Below, piece by piece: positions 10,287 to 19,301 of a stretch of DNA of 64,000 nt. The stretch is from contig JAFZWI010000036.1 of the NCBI GenBank assembly GCA_017617355.1, forward strand, positions 1,082-65,081, in the 5' to 3' direction. This stretch comes from Salinivirgaceae bacterium (lineage in GTDB: Bacteria; Bacteroidota; Bacteroidia; Bacteroidales; SZUA-534). Position 1 is the first letter of the stretch. Each line of letters opens with the position of its first letter. The position numbers and the translations under genes are program-made. Below the pieces are notes generated by a model that searched no databases, was not told the origin of the DNA, and saw nothing but the letters and a program-made list of their open reading frames with translations.

Positions 10287-10307
10287 TTGTCTCTTTTTTC
10301 AGATGCA

Positions 10308-11048
10308 CTAACTCAGTTGTTCGCTTGTCATGCCAAACCTGCGTTCGCGCTGCTGGTAGTCGGCAATAGCCTTGTAAAGTTCCTCTTTGTCGAAATCGGG
10401 CCAGAAAGTCGGGGTGAAATAGAGCTCAGCATAAGCAAGCTGCCACAGCATGAAATTGCTGATTCTCAACTCTCCGCTTGTTCTGATAAGCAAATCGGGG
10501 TCGGGCATGTCGGAAGTGTACAAAAAACTGTCAATCAAACCATTGTCAATATTTTCCGGTTTCAGTTTTCCGGCCTCGACATCGGCTGCTATCCGCCTTA
10601 CCGCTTCGGTGATTTCCACCTTCGAGCTGTAGCTCAAAGCCAACGTCAGCGTCATTCCTGTGTTGTTTTTTGTCTTCTCGATAGCCTCACGCAGATTCGC
10701 ACCCACCTTTTCGGGCAAATCGGCAAGCCGTCCTATCGCATTTAAACGGATATTATTCTTGATTAGTGTTTCAGTTTCTGTATTAATTGTCGATACAAGC
10801 AAGTCCATCAGTGCCATAACCTCCATTTTGGGGCGGTTCCAATTCTCGGTTGAGAAGGCGTAGAGTGTCAGATAGCCCACGCCCAATTCGGCGCAGCCTT
10901 CGCAGACATCGCGCACGGCTTTTATGGCGTTTTTGTGTCCGAATATGCGCGCGTTGCCTTGTTTTTTCGCCCATCGGCCATTGCCGTCCATAATAATGGC
11001 AATGTGCTTTGGCAGCTGATTCTTGTCGATATTATCCTTGAAAGACAT
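10308..11048 (-). CDS. uppS: Isoprenyl transferase (undecaprenyl-diphosphate synthase)
   Basis: [27 protein letters not shown] and [16 protein letters not shown] are canonical cis-prenyltransferase motifs. Confidence 0.93.
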   Translation of the reverse strand: MSFKDNIDKNQLPKHIAIIMDGNGRWAKKQGNARIFGHKNAIKAVRDVCEGCAELGVGYLTLYAFSTENWNRPKMEVMALMDLLVSTINTETETLIKNNIRLNAIGRLADLPEKVGANLREAIEKTKNNTGMTLTLALSYSSKVEITEAVRRIAADVEAGKLKPENIDNGLIDSFLYTSDMPDPDLLIRTSGELRISNFMLWQLAYAELYFTPTFWPDFDKEELYKAIADYQQRERRFGMTSEQLS

Positions 11049-11071
11049 ACTTTTTCTTTATCCGCGCAAAT

Positions 11072-11758
11072 TTAGTCAAATGAAGGACATTTTTGAGGAT
11101 ATTCGAATTTATACGATAAATAAATGGCAAAATAGGAAAACCAGTCTTTTCCGCTCTTCACCGACAGCTGTTTAATCTGGTTCGACTCCGACGGACTGTC
11201 GGCCACATAATCAACCTTGTCGCTGAAGGTTTTCACCATCAGAAAGTCGGCGCCATAGGCCCATTTCTTTTTGGTGTTGTACTTCACACCCAAACCGAAC
11301 GGCACTGTCACATTCAGTTTTTTCGAATCATCGACAGGCAGCATCATCAAGCCCAAACCGCCTTGCAGATAAAGTGTGTATGGTGTCAGCATTTTGCCTT
11401 TCGACTGGAATGGCACAAAATTAAACTCGCCAAGAGCCATAAAACCGAAAGTGTTTTTGGTGAATGAGTAGCCGCGCTCAAGCTGATAGTCGCTGTGCTT
11501 GAATGTTGAGTCGTCGGCATGGAGCATGGCGTATGAGAAGATGCCTTTGGCCGAATATCGCTGGTTGAAATTGTGGCGGTAGAAGATGCCACCTGCCGGC
11601 CGTGTGCCACGGAACGGCATCTTGTTTATATCGCCCAGATAGAACGAGCCGCCAAGTTGCACGCCCAAATCGCCTTCGGGGTATTCTTCCGCACACAACG
11701 GCAACGATATGAAACAAAGCAGCAATAAGACGCTGATTTGTCGAAGCATTTTCAACAT
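11072..11758 (-). CDS. Small outer-membrane beta-barrel protein (DUF6089-like, name from memory)
   Basis: Signal peptide, alternating beta-strand pattern, GxxxYxGDI motif. Its start overlaps the upstream stop by 1 nt (TAATG). Confidence 0.6.
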   Translation of the reverse strand: MLKMLRQISVLLLLCFISLPLCAEEYPEGDLGVQLGGSFYLGDINKMPFRGTRPAGGIFYRHNFNQRYSAKGIFSYAMLHADDSTFKHSDYQLERGYSFTKNTFGFMALGEFNFVPFQSKGKMLTPYTLYLQGGLGLMMLPVDDSKKLNVTVPFGLGVKYNTKKKWAYGADFLMVKTFSDKVDYVADSPSESNQIKQLSVKSGKDWFSYFAIYLSYKFEYPQKCPSFD

Positions 11759-12600
11759 TATCTTTTGATTGAGCGGAAATTAGGCATGTGGTTGCGTTTC
11801 TCGCGCAATGTTACCACCAGGCTGACATTCACAAACTGATATTGGTCAATCCATTTGCCAAACATTTTATCAAAAGACCGACCTTCTTCTACGCCGCTTA
11901 CATCAGGTTTGCCCTTCCTGTTGCAGTTGTCAAGACCGTCGTTAAGAGCAACACGCCAACCGGCCTCAAAACCGATGTATGTTATAGGGTCGATACGGAA
12001 TTTTCCACCCAAACCGCCCATTACTACCGGCGCAACATTGATATAATTGATATCGTAGCGTTCCCTTTGGTCTGTACTAGTCCAATAGAATTTTCCGACA
12101 TTCATAATTCCGCCCGCACCAACAAACAAATACGAAGGAACAGTGGCGTTTTTCATACGTGTCTCGCCCAAGCTGCGGTAGATTGTGCGGCGGCGGCGCT
12201 CACGGATAATCTGAAACTCATATCGTGCCGACAATTCGGTAAAGAATGATTTGAATGCTATTCCTCGGCCATAATATGTTGGTGTTTGCTGGCTTGGTTC
12301 ACGTGCTGCCATATAACCTGTAAAGAGTGATGTGCCGACATAGTGACGGCCTTTCAAGTTGTATTTCAGCAACGCATCGGCCGTATAGCCTGTGGTTTTG
12401 AACGGTCGCACCCAAACGGGTATATCTGTTTTGGGTGAATTTATATCGCCCATAAAGTTAGTCAGACCAAGACCGAGCTGGGCTTCATACCTACGCGAAT
12501 TCCACTTGTGCCCGGCTTTCTTCTGGGCAAATGCCGACGGCATGCCGCACAAAAGCGCAAGTGCAATTATTGATATCCGAAAGAATGTTAGTTTTTTCAT
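11758..12600 (-). CDS. Small outer-membrane beta-barrel protein, paralog
   Basis: Signal peptide MKKLTFFRISIIALALLCGMPSAFAQ and a GLGLTNFMGDI motif shared with its neighbours. Confidence 0.6.
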   Translation of the reverse strand: MKKLTFFRISIIALALLCGMPSAFAQKKAGHKWNSRRYEAQLGLGLTNFMGDINSPKTDIPVWVRPFKTTGYTADALLKYNLKGRHYVGTSLFTGYMAAREPSQQTPTYYGRGIAFKSFFTELSARYEFQIIRERRRRTIYRSLGETRMKNATVPSYLFVGAGGIMNVGKFYWTSTDQRERYDINYINVAPVVMGGLGGKFRIDPITYIGFEAGWRVALNDGLDNCNRKGKPDVSGVEEGRSFDKMFGKWIDQYQFVNVSLVVTLREKRNHMPNFRSIKR

Positions 12601-12626
12601 ATTGGGCGGCTAATGTAGCATAAAAA

Positions 12627-13583
12627 TTAGAATTTCGGCAAACCATTTCTGCCTGTTTTCAATTTATATGTTACTGAAACCATTGTAAACATATAAAAAT
12701 CATTGAATTTGGACTCACCGCGTTGGTCAGCTTGATAGGCATTTCCACCATACCTCACATACGGCAGCGGGTCGCTGTCGTCGTTAGTTTGAATGCTGCG
12801 GTCGGCCATACGTGCCGCTTGAGGATTTTTCTCCGCAAGCCAGGCATTATCTACATATGTGGTGCTGACATCGTCGATATAGTCGGTGGTAGTGTAGCGC
12901 GGGCCAAACTCAAGTCCGGCGCACAACGAGCGCGAAATCGGATATTTGACACCCAAACCGAACGGGAATGCCAAGGCGATACGCGAATATTTTTTGCGGC
13001 CTTCCATAAGTCCCTGTCCTTCAGTACCAAGCGGCTGCAAGGCAACCCATTTCCCTGTTCCCTCCTCACCGGTGTCTTTAGCCTTCGGGTTATAGTAGAA
13101 GAGCCCCAAACCAGCAAAAACATAGATGTTGGTTTTTTGGATAGTGCTACGGAGTGAGAATTTGCGCCTACGCGACGCACGATAGTTCACTGGCTCCGGA
13201 ATAATGGAATATTCTACCTGTGCCTCCAACTCCCAAAGGTTTGTGCGGAAACTGAGGTTGCGGTCCTCGCGGTATATGTTTGCAGTGCGTTTGTCGCTGC
13301 CGGCTAACATTCCGTATGTCAGCGAAGCCTTGACTGCCAACGGGTTAAGTATCTTATACCGCATTCCGGCCGACAGGGCAAAACGCTGCGACATGAAATC
13401 GAAATCGTTCAAAAAGTGTCCCTGGCGCTCGCTGTCCTTACCGCCAAGCTCACCTACAAAAGCCGAAATGCCTACTCCTCCGACAAGCTCATAACGAGTG
13501 CGTTTCCAACGGTCGGCTTGCGCATCGGCAAATTTTGGAAAAGCCAAAAATGTGATTATGAATAGAATTACAACCTTCTTCAT
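12627..13583 (-). CDS. Small outer-membrane beta-barrel protein, paralog
   Basis: ORF 12627..13658. The ATG at 13583 gives MKKVVILFIITFLAFPKFADAQ. It has a GVGISAFVGEL motif and ends in ...GLPKF (aromatic C-terminus). Confidence 0.6.
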   Translation of the reverse strand: MKKVVILFIITFLAFPKFADAQADRWKRTRYELVGGVGISAFVGELGGKDSERQGHFLNDFDFMSQRFALSAGMRYKILNPLAVKASLTYGMLAGSDKRTANIYREDRNLSFRTNLWELEAQVEYSIIPEPVNYRASRRRKFSLRSTIQKTNIYVFAGLGLFYYNPKAKDTGEEGTGKWVALQPLGTEGQGLMEGRKKYSRIALAFPFGLGVKYPISRSLCAGLEFGPRYTTTDYIDDVSTTYVDNAWLAEKNPQAARMADRSIQTNDDSDPLPYVRYGGNAYQADQRGESKFNDFYMFTMVSVTYKLKTGRNGLPKF

Positions 13584-13703
13584 ACAAAAAACTCGAGTAT
13601 TCATTCGTATGCAAATGAGTGCCAAAGGTATAAATAATTTTTTTATACGGCTTACCAACCGCTTTTTTTACGGCAACAGACGCAATGCGTTGACAAAGGG
13701 TGT

Positions 13704-14582
13704 TTAATTGCGCTTATCAGCACCCCACATCAGTTTGTTGCGCAATGTCGGGAAGAAACCGTGCCCGTCGAGTTTGATGACAGAAATGCTATGCGCCGAC
13801 TTGCGGATTGATATCTCAGTTGGGGTACGCAGCACAACCGAAGTCGAATCGAGCGACAGCATGTAGTTCAGCTCACGGCTCTCGATACTTATACGAATGG
13901 TGCCGTTGTCAGGAATGACAAGCGGCCGCACTGTCAGGTTGTGTGAGGCGATAGGCGTGATGATTATGTTCTGCGCAGCAGGCGACAGAATGGGACCACC
14001 GGCACTCATCGAGTAGGCTGTTGACCCTGTCGGGGTTGCAATTATCAGTCCGTCAGCCCAATATGTTGCCAGATATTTGTCATCGATATAAGTGTGAATG
14101 ACAATCATGCTCGAGCTGTCGCACTTGTGGACGGTTATCTCATTGAGCGCAAACGGGTGCTTAATTTCATCGATGTGTGGCTGAAGCTCAAGCAACGGCC
14201 GCTGCTCAAGCAGAAACTTGCCAGTTGCCAAAGCGTCGATAGCGGTGTCAATATCGTCGGGCGAGATGTCTGCCAAAAAGCCCAAACGCCCTGTGTTGAT
14301 ACCCACAAACGGCACATGCAGATATTCAAATTCGCTTATTGCCTTCAGAAAACTGCCGTCGCCACCTATTATAATAATAAAATCGAGATTATTTGGCACA
14401 CTGGCCGAGGTGTCGATGTTTGAACAGGTAAGTCCGGCACTCTGCTGCCATAGCTTGAACACCGGCGCAAACAGCGGATGCAGCCAAATGCGAGCCTTGT
14501 GCCGCTGGAGCGCGCCAAAAAGCACCTCAAGCACAGGCTGATGCTGCGAACCCAAAAGCTGACTGTAAATGGCGACGTTCAT
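13704..14582 (-). CDS. nadK: NAD kinase
   Basis: GGDGSFL, NEITV and the TPTGSTAYSMSAGGPI motif. The ATG at 14582 overlaps the rlpA stop by 1 nt. A GTG at 14585 is the alternative start. Confidence 0.88.
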   Translation of the reverse strand: MNVAIYSQLLGSQHQPVLEVLFGALQRHKARIWLHPLFAPVFKLWQQSAGLTCSNIDTSASVPNNLDFIIIIGGDGSFLKAISEFEYLHVPFVGINTGRLGFLADISPDDIDTAIDALATGKFLLEQRPLLELQPHIDEIKHPFALNEITVHKCDSSSMIVIHTYIDDKYLATYWADGLIIATPTGSTAYSMSAGGPILSPAAQNIIITPIASHNLTVRPLVIPDNGTIRISIESRELNYMLSLDSTSVVLRTPTEISIRKSAHSISVIKLDGHGFFPTLRNKLMWGADKRN

Positions 14583-15352
14583 CACTCAAGCGATACTACA
14601 AAACTGCCGCTGAAATCGGTCAGTTTACGGTTAAAATTCTCTGCCTTATCGCGCGACTCGAACGGTCCGGCAATTATGCGGTAAACCTTGATTCCGTTTT
14701 TGTCGCCAATCTGAATCATAATGTCCTTTCCTATCTTTTCCTTAATCTCGGCGCAGCGCTTAACAAGGTTTGCCGCCTCTTGATAGCTTGCAAGCTGCAC
14801 GCCGTAGCCCTTCGGATTTACCACGGTCGACACTATTTTATAATACTCGTTGGCAGGCTTTTTAACCTCAGTCAGCGCAGTCTGTTTTTCGGCATCGTCG
14901 CCAGCCGGGTCCGACTCCGACACGCCTGCTGGTTTGCTGCCTGGCCACGCTGGTGTCGACGTGCCAGAGGCCACCTCACTGCCACTGCCGTCGGGAAGGC
15001 TCACAACTTCAATCTTGACATTGGTTGTGCCATTGTCGATAAACTTAAGTTTCTCGGCAGCCGCCCTCGAAAGGTCGATGATGCGCTTATCGACAAACGG
15101 ACCACGGTCGTTTATGGTGACGGTCACCGACAGATTGTTGTTCAGGTTGGTAACCTTGACCACCGAGCCGAACGGCAACGTGCGGTGCGCAGCCGTCAGT
15201 TTGCTCTGTTTGAAAACTTCGCCGCTGGCAGTTGTCTTGCCCTCGAATTTGTCGGCGTAGAACGACGCCATGCCTATCTCCGATATTTGCGCGGTAGCGG
15301 TTACAGCCGTCAACAGCAGCGATGCCAATGCTAAGAGTTTAAGTTTTTTCAT
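14582..15352 (-). CDS. rlpA: Septal ring lytic transglycosylase RlpA-family protein with C-terminal SPOR-like domain
   Basis: ASFYADKFEGKTTASGE...VTINDRGPF (DPBB/RlpA fold) is followed by a YGVQLASY...YRIIAGPF SPOR-like region. The ATG at 15352 gives an MKKLKLLALASLLL signal peptide. Confidence 0.85.
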   Translation of the reverse strand: MKKLKLLALASLLLTAVTATAQISEIGMASFYADKFEGKTTASGEVFKQSKLTAAHRTLPFGSVVKVTNLNNNLSVTVTINDRGPFVDKRIIDLSRAAAEKLKFIDNGTTNVKIEVVSLPDGSGSEVASGTSTPAWPGSKPAGVSESDPAGDDAEKQTALTEVKKPANEYYKIVSTVVNPKGYGVQLASYQEAANLVKRCAEIKEKIGKDIMIQIGDKNGIKVYRIIAGPFESRDKAENFNRKLTDFSGSFVVSLE

Positions 15353-15386
15353 TTTCTGTTTCGTTTTATAAATCAATAATTTATTT

Positions 15387-16373
15387 TCATTCAGTTTTGT
15401 TTGCCTTATCGGTTTCCGACTGTATTGCCGATTGAAAGTTGAACAAACCGCACTGCTGGTTGTGTGCGGCGCAGATGCTCAAATTAAGTTCGAAACCAGC
15501 CAATAATATATTGGCATACAGATTGATAAGTACCAATATTGCTATAAGCGTTCCTATGGAGCCGTACAAGGCGTTGTAGTTGCTGAAATTTGAAAGGTAG
15601 AAGCCAAAGCCGGCAGTGGCGGCAAGCAGAAGCACTGTTGCCAGAACCGAGCCTATCGATATGAAACCCATTTTGGTGTGCTTGGCCGGTGCAAAATAGT
15701 AGATTACCGAAACACTAATCAGGCAAAGTGTCAGAATGACAACCCATTGCACCACATAAAGCAGTATAGTAGAGAACACACCGTTGATAATATGCTTGCT
15801 GGCGAGAATGCCGATAACTGTACGGCCGAACATCAATGTTGCAATGGCAACCGACAGCAAAGCCGTAACCGCAAAAAGCATTATCAGCGACGACACGCGC
15901 AAGCCGATGAACGAGCGCGTCTCGTAGGCGTTAATCGATGAGTTGAAAGCCCTGATGACCGCCGTAACACCGTTCGAAACCAGGACTATCGTGGTTATGA
16001 AACCGAACGAGAGCAAGCCGCTACGCGGGTTCATGGCAATATCGACAAGCGTCTCCTCTATCGACTCAAAGGCGTACGAGGGAATGAGCTGCTCGAGCAG
16101 CGAAATGAATTCCGATTGGAAATCGGGAATAGGGATGTAAGGGATAAGCGTGAAAAGGAAAAGGACGGCCGGAAAAAGCGCCAGGAAAAAGTTGAAAGCA
16201 ATGGCGGCCGAGCGTATTCCAAGCGTGCCGCCCGAAAGCGACTTTATGAAAAACGAGCCGACATCGTATAGTGACAACTGTCCGAAGCCGGGAAAAGTGA
16301 TGTTTTTGGTTTTCTCGACAAAACGGGCAATCCGCGCCTTCCAATTCTCAATTATCTGCTTAATCTTCTTCAT
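15387..16373 (-). CDS. YihY/BrkB-family inner-membrane protein
   Basis: 328 aa with about 6 predicted TM segments and a family-typical layout. It overlaps the nadC stop by 4 nt (ATGA). Confidence 0.75.
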   Translation of the reverse strand: MKKIKQIIENWKARIARFVEKTKNITFPGFGQLSLYDVGSFFIKSLSGGTLGIRSAAIAFNFFLALFPAVLFLFTLIPYIPIPDFQSEFISLLEQLIPSYAFESIEETLVDIAMNPRSGLLSFGFITTIVLVSNGVTAVIRAFNSSINAYETRSFIGLRVSSLIMLFAVTALLSVAIATLMFGRTVIGILASKHIINGVFSTILLYVVQWVVILTLCLISVSVIYYFAPAKHTKMGFISIGSVLATVLLLAATAGFGFYLSNFSNYNALYGSIGTLIAILVLINLYANILLAGFELNLSICAAHNQQCGLFNFQSAIQSETDKANKTE

Positions 16374-17218
16374 TTTATAGCTTTCAAGCTCAAGTCGAGA
16401 CTACGGATTTGATGCGTGAGTGCGCCAACTGAAATGAAATCGACACCGGTGGCGGCGTAGTCGCGCAAGTTGGCGTCGGTAATACCGCCTGAAGCCTCTG
16501 TTTCGTATTGTCCGCCAATCATTTCCACAGCCTTTTTGGTGTCCGGAATCGAGAAATTGTCAATCATTATACGGTCGATGCCACCAATTTCCATAATCTG
16601 CTTGATTTCATCGAACGAGCGCGCTTCAACCTCAATTTTCAGATTCTTGCCCTTTGCTTTCAGATACTCTTTGGCGCGGTTGATAGCCTGCGGAATACCG
16701 CCGGCGTAGTCGATGTGGTTGTCTTTGATGAGAATCATATCGTACAGTCCGATGCGGTGGTTCTGACCACCACCCATAACCACAGCCATTTTCTCAAAGA
16801 CGCGCATTCCGGGCGTGGTCTTGCGGGTGTCGAGAATCTTGGTGTGCAGACCTTTCACAAGTTCAACATATTTGCTTGTCTGTGTGGCGATTCCACTCAT
16901 GCGCTGCATAAAATTCAGCACCAGACGTTCGGTTTGCAGAATCGAAAGTTCCCGGCCCTCAACCACAAACGCCACATCGCCCTTCTTGACGGGCGTGCCG
17001 TCGGTGATGAAAGTGGTCATTTTCAGGTCTTTGTCGAATGTCTCAAAAACCATTCGAGCCACCTCAACACCGGCCAAAATACCGTCTTGTTTAACAAGCA
17101 GTTGCGCCTTGCCAATTTGCTCAGGCGGAATGCAGCTGAGCGATGTGTGGTCGCCGTCGCCAACATCCTCGCGAATGGCGCGTGCGATAAAATCTTTTAT
17201 GTACTCTTGATTGTCCAT
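16370..17218 (-). CDS. nadC: Nicotinate-nucleotide (quinolinate) phosphoribosyltransferase
   Basis: 282 aa with DTRKTTPG, IKDNH and GGITxxN motifs. Confidence 0.92.
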   Translation of the reverse strand: MDNQEYIKDFIARAIREDVGDGDHTSLSCIPPEQIGKAQLLVKQDGILAGVEVARMVFETFDKDLKMTTFITDGTPVKKGDVAFVVEGRELSILQTERLVLNFMQRMSGIATQTSKYVELVKGLHTKILDTRKTTPGMRVFEKMAVVMGGGQNHRIGLYDMILIKDNHIDYAGGIPQAINRAKEYLKAKGKNLKIEVEARSFDEIKQIMEIGGIDRIMIDNFSIPDTKKAVEMIGGQYETEASGGITDANLRDYAATGVDFISVGALTHQIRSLDLSLKAIK

Positions 17219-17640
17219 TATTCTATAGTGAATTGATATACAAACTGTTGATTAGATTGTTGCTTGGTAAGAAAACTGACACGATAGTTATGCGTGCTGC
17301 AAAAAATGGTGCCCACAATAAAATATGTGTCGTTTTCGCGGTTGCTGCTGATAATATTGAACGACTCAGGCTGGTTGCTCTTGAAAAACTCCGAGAGCAG
17401 TATCTTGGCTTGGTTGCGGCTGCTTATGCCCGAGAAATCGGGTAGCGACAGTTCGACCCTCTGGTTCAAATAACCGGCCAGAGAATCAACATCTGCCGTC
17501 TGCAACGTGCGGGTTATGCAGTTGATAACCGAGTCGGATGACACCACCTGCGCGCCTGCCCGCAGCGGACAAACCGACAATGCCGCCAGAACCGCCGTCA
17601 GCAGAATCACTTTTTTTGCAAAAAACAATTTCAAATTCAT
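17218..17640 (-). CDS. Small secreted protein (DUF4783-like, name from memory)
   Basis: 140 aa with a signal peptide. The stop overlaps the nadC start by 1 nt (TAATG). Confidence 0.55.
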   Translation of the reverse strand: MNLKLFFAKKVILLTAVLAALSVCPLRAGAQVVSSDSVINCITRTLQTADVDSLAGYLNQRVELSLPDFSGISSRNQAKILLSEFFKSNQPESFNIISSNRENDTYFIVGTIFCSTHNYRVSFLTKQQSNQQFVYQFTIE

Positions 17641-17820
17641 AGTTGCAAAGTTAATAGATTAATTGAAGGATTGAATATAAGATATGGATGGGATAAATAC
17701 TAACAAGAAATGGTGTCGAATACGAGAAAAAATAGGAGTGTCGCTTATTTGAAACACAGAGAAGAATAAAATTTGTTTTGTTTTCATTCTTGCCTTTTCC
17801 ACAAATCGTCCCTTTTACGT

Positions 17821-17828
17821 TAATTTTG
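17821..17828 (+). promoter_or_regulatory. Candidate -7 box TAATTTTG for rlmD
   Basis: Matches TAnnTTTG and lies 22 nt upstream of the ATG at 17850. Confidence 0.3.
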
Positions 17829-17849
17829 CCCCACAAAACCGATAGAATT

Positions 17850-19268
17850 ATGTCGCGCAAAAAGAATCAGAAGCAACTGTTTGAGAATGTTGAGATAACC
17901 GACATTGCCGCAGAAGGCATGGCAATGGGCAAATACGAAGGTATGGTGGTGTTTGTTCCGTTGGCCATTCCGGGCGATGTGGTTGATGTTGAGGGAAAAG
18001 TGAAGCACAATCGTTACATCGAAGGACGCGTGGTGCGCTATGTGAAGATGAGCGATAAACGCATTGAGCCTTTCTGCCGACATTTTGGAACCTGTGGCGG
18101 TTGCAAATGGCAGATTCTGCCATACGAGATGCAGACGGCTTGGAAACAGAAACAAGTGGTTGACAATCTGACACGTATAGGCCATTTGGAGTTACCCGAA
18201 GTGTCGCCCATTTTGGGCAGCCAGCGCACCATGGAGTACCGCAACAAGCTGGAGTTTGCCTTCTCGCCCTTACGTTGGCTCGCTCCCGAGCAGATTGCCA
18301 ATGCCGACAAGCTGGAGCAGCGCTCACTCGGCTACCATCTGCCGCGCTTCTTCGATAAGGTGGTGGATATTGATGAATGCAGGCTGATGCCAGAGCCAGT
18401 TAACGAGATTCGCAACGCATTGAAACAGTTTGCTATAGATAACAATATAAGTTTCTATCACCAGCGCGAGCATTTTGGACTGTTACGCAATGTGGTCTTC
18501 CGTAACTCAAATACAGGCGGACTGATGGTCATCTTGATTGTGTCGGAGGACAACCGTCAGCAAATCAGCCTTGTGATGGATTTTCTGCATAGTTGTTTTC
18601 CACAAATCACATCGTTGATGTATATGATAAACAGCAAGTTGAATGATTCATACACCGACCTGCCCGCAACACTTTACGCTGGCGATGACCATATTGTGGG
18701 CGAGATGGCTGGGCTGAAGTTCAAAATCGGTCCCAACTCGTTCTACCAGACCAATACCGACCAGGCCACAGTGCTTTACGGTGTTGCCAAAGATTTTGCC
18801 GAGCTAACGGGCAATGAGGTTGTTTACGACCTTTATACTGGTACTGGCACCATTGCCTGCTTTGTGGCCGACAAGGCGCAGAAAGTGATTGGTATTGAGT
18901 ATGTTGAAGATGCCATTGCTGATGCCAAGGTGAACGCTCAGATGAATAATCTGACGAATCTTGACTTTTATGCCGGCGACATGAAAAACGTCCTCACCGA
19001 CAGTTTCATAGCCGAGCATGGCCGTCCCGATGTCATCATCACCGACCCACCGCGCTCAGGCATGCACCCAGATGTTGTGCAGGTAATCCTGAACGCGAAC
19101 CCCAAGTGCATTGTGTATGTGAGCTGCAATCCCGCCACCCAGGCGCGTGACCTTGCCATGATGAGCCAACAATACCGCATTGCAAAGGTGCAACCCGTTG
19201 ACATGTTTCCGCAGACTCAACACGTTGAGAATGTGGTGCAATTGATAAGGATTGAAGAAAAAGAATAA
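17850..19268 (+). CDS. rlmD: 23S rRNA (uracil-C5)-methyltransferase, RlmD/RumA type
   Basis: The internal ATG at 17850 gives MSRKKNQKQLFENVEITDIAAEGMAMGK (TRAM domain). Also present are the Fe-S Cys cluster CRHFGTCGGCKWQ, the SAM site DLYTGTGT, and DPPRSG. Confidence 0.88.
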   Translation: MSRKKNQKQLFENVEITDIAAEGMAMGKYEGMVVFVPLAIPGDVVDVEGKVKHNRYIEGRVVRYVKMSDKRIEPFCRHFGTCGGCKWQILPYEMQTAWKQKQVVDNLTRIGHLELPEVSPILGSQRTMEYRNKLEFAFSPLRWLAPEQIANADKLEQRSLGYHLPRFFDKVVDIDECRLMPEPVNEIRNALKQFAIDNNISFYHQREHFGLLRNVVFRNSNTGGLMVILIVSEDNRQQISLVMDFLHSCFPQITSLMYMINSKLNDSYTDLPATLYAGDDHIVGEMAGLKFKIGPNSFYQTNTDQATVLYGVAKDFAELTGNEVVYDLYTGTGTIACFVADKAQKVIGIEYVEDAIADAKVNAQMNNLTNLDFYAGDMKNVLTDSFIAEHGRPDVIITDPPRSGMHPDVVQVILNANPKCIVYVSCNPATQARDLAMMSQQYRIAKVQPVDMFPQTQHVENVVQLIRIEEKE

Positions 19269-19301
19269 CGAATTGCAGGCTTCAAAAATTCAACTTAAAA
19301 C

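Noticed and set aside
9375-10745. 456-aa plus-strand ORF spanning the bamA/uppS junction
   Set aside because: It is antisense to two genes with unmistakable BamA and UppS motifs. Its sequence is low-complexity (R/L/V/F-rich) with no motif, and it crosses an intergenic gap. This is a typical shadow ORF.
16508-17236. 242-aa plus-strand ORF
   Set aside because: It is antisense to nadC and is a shadow ORF.
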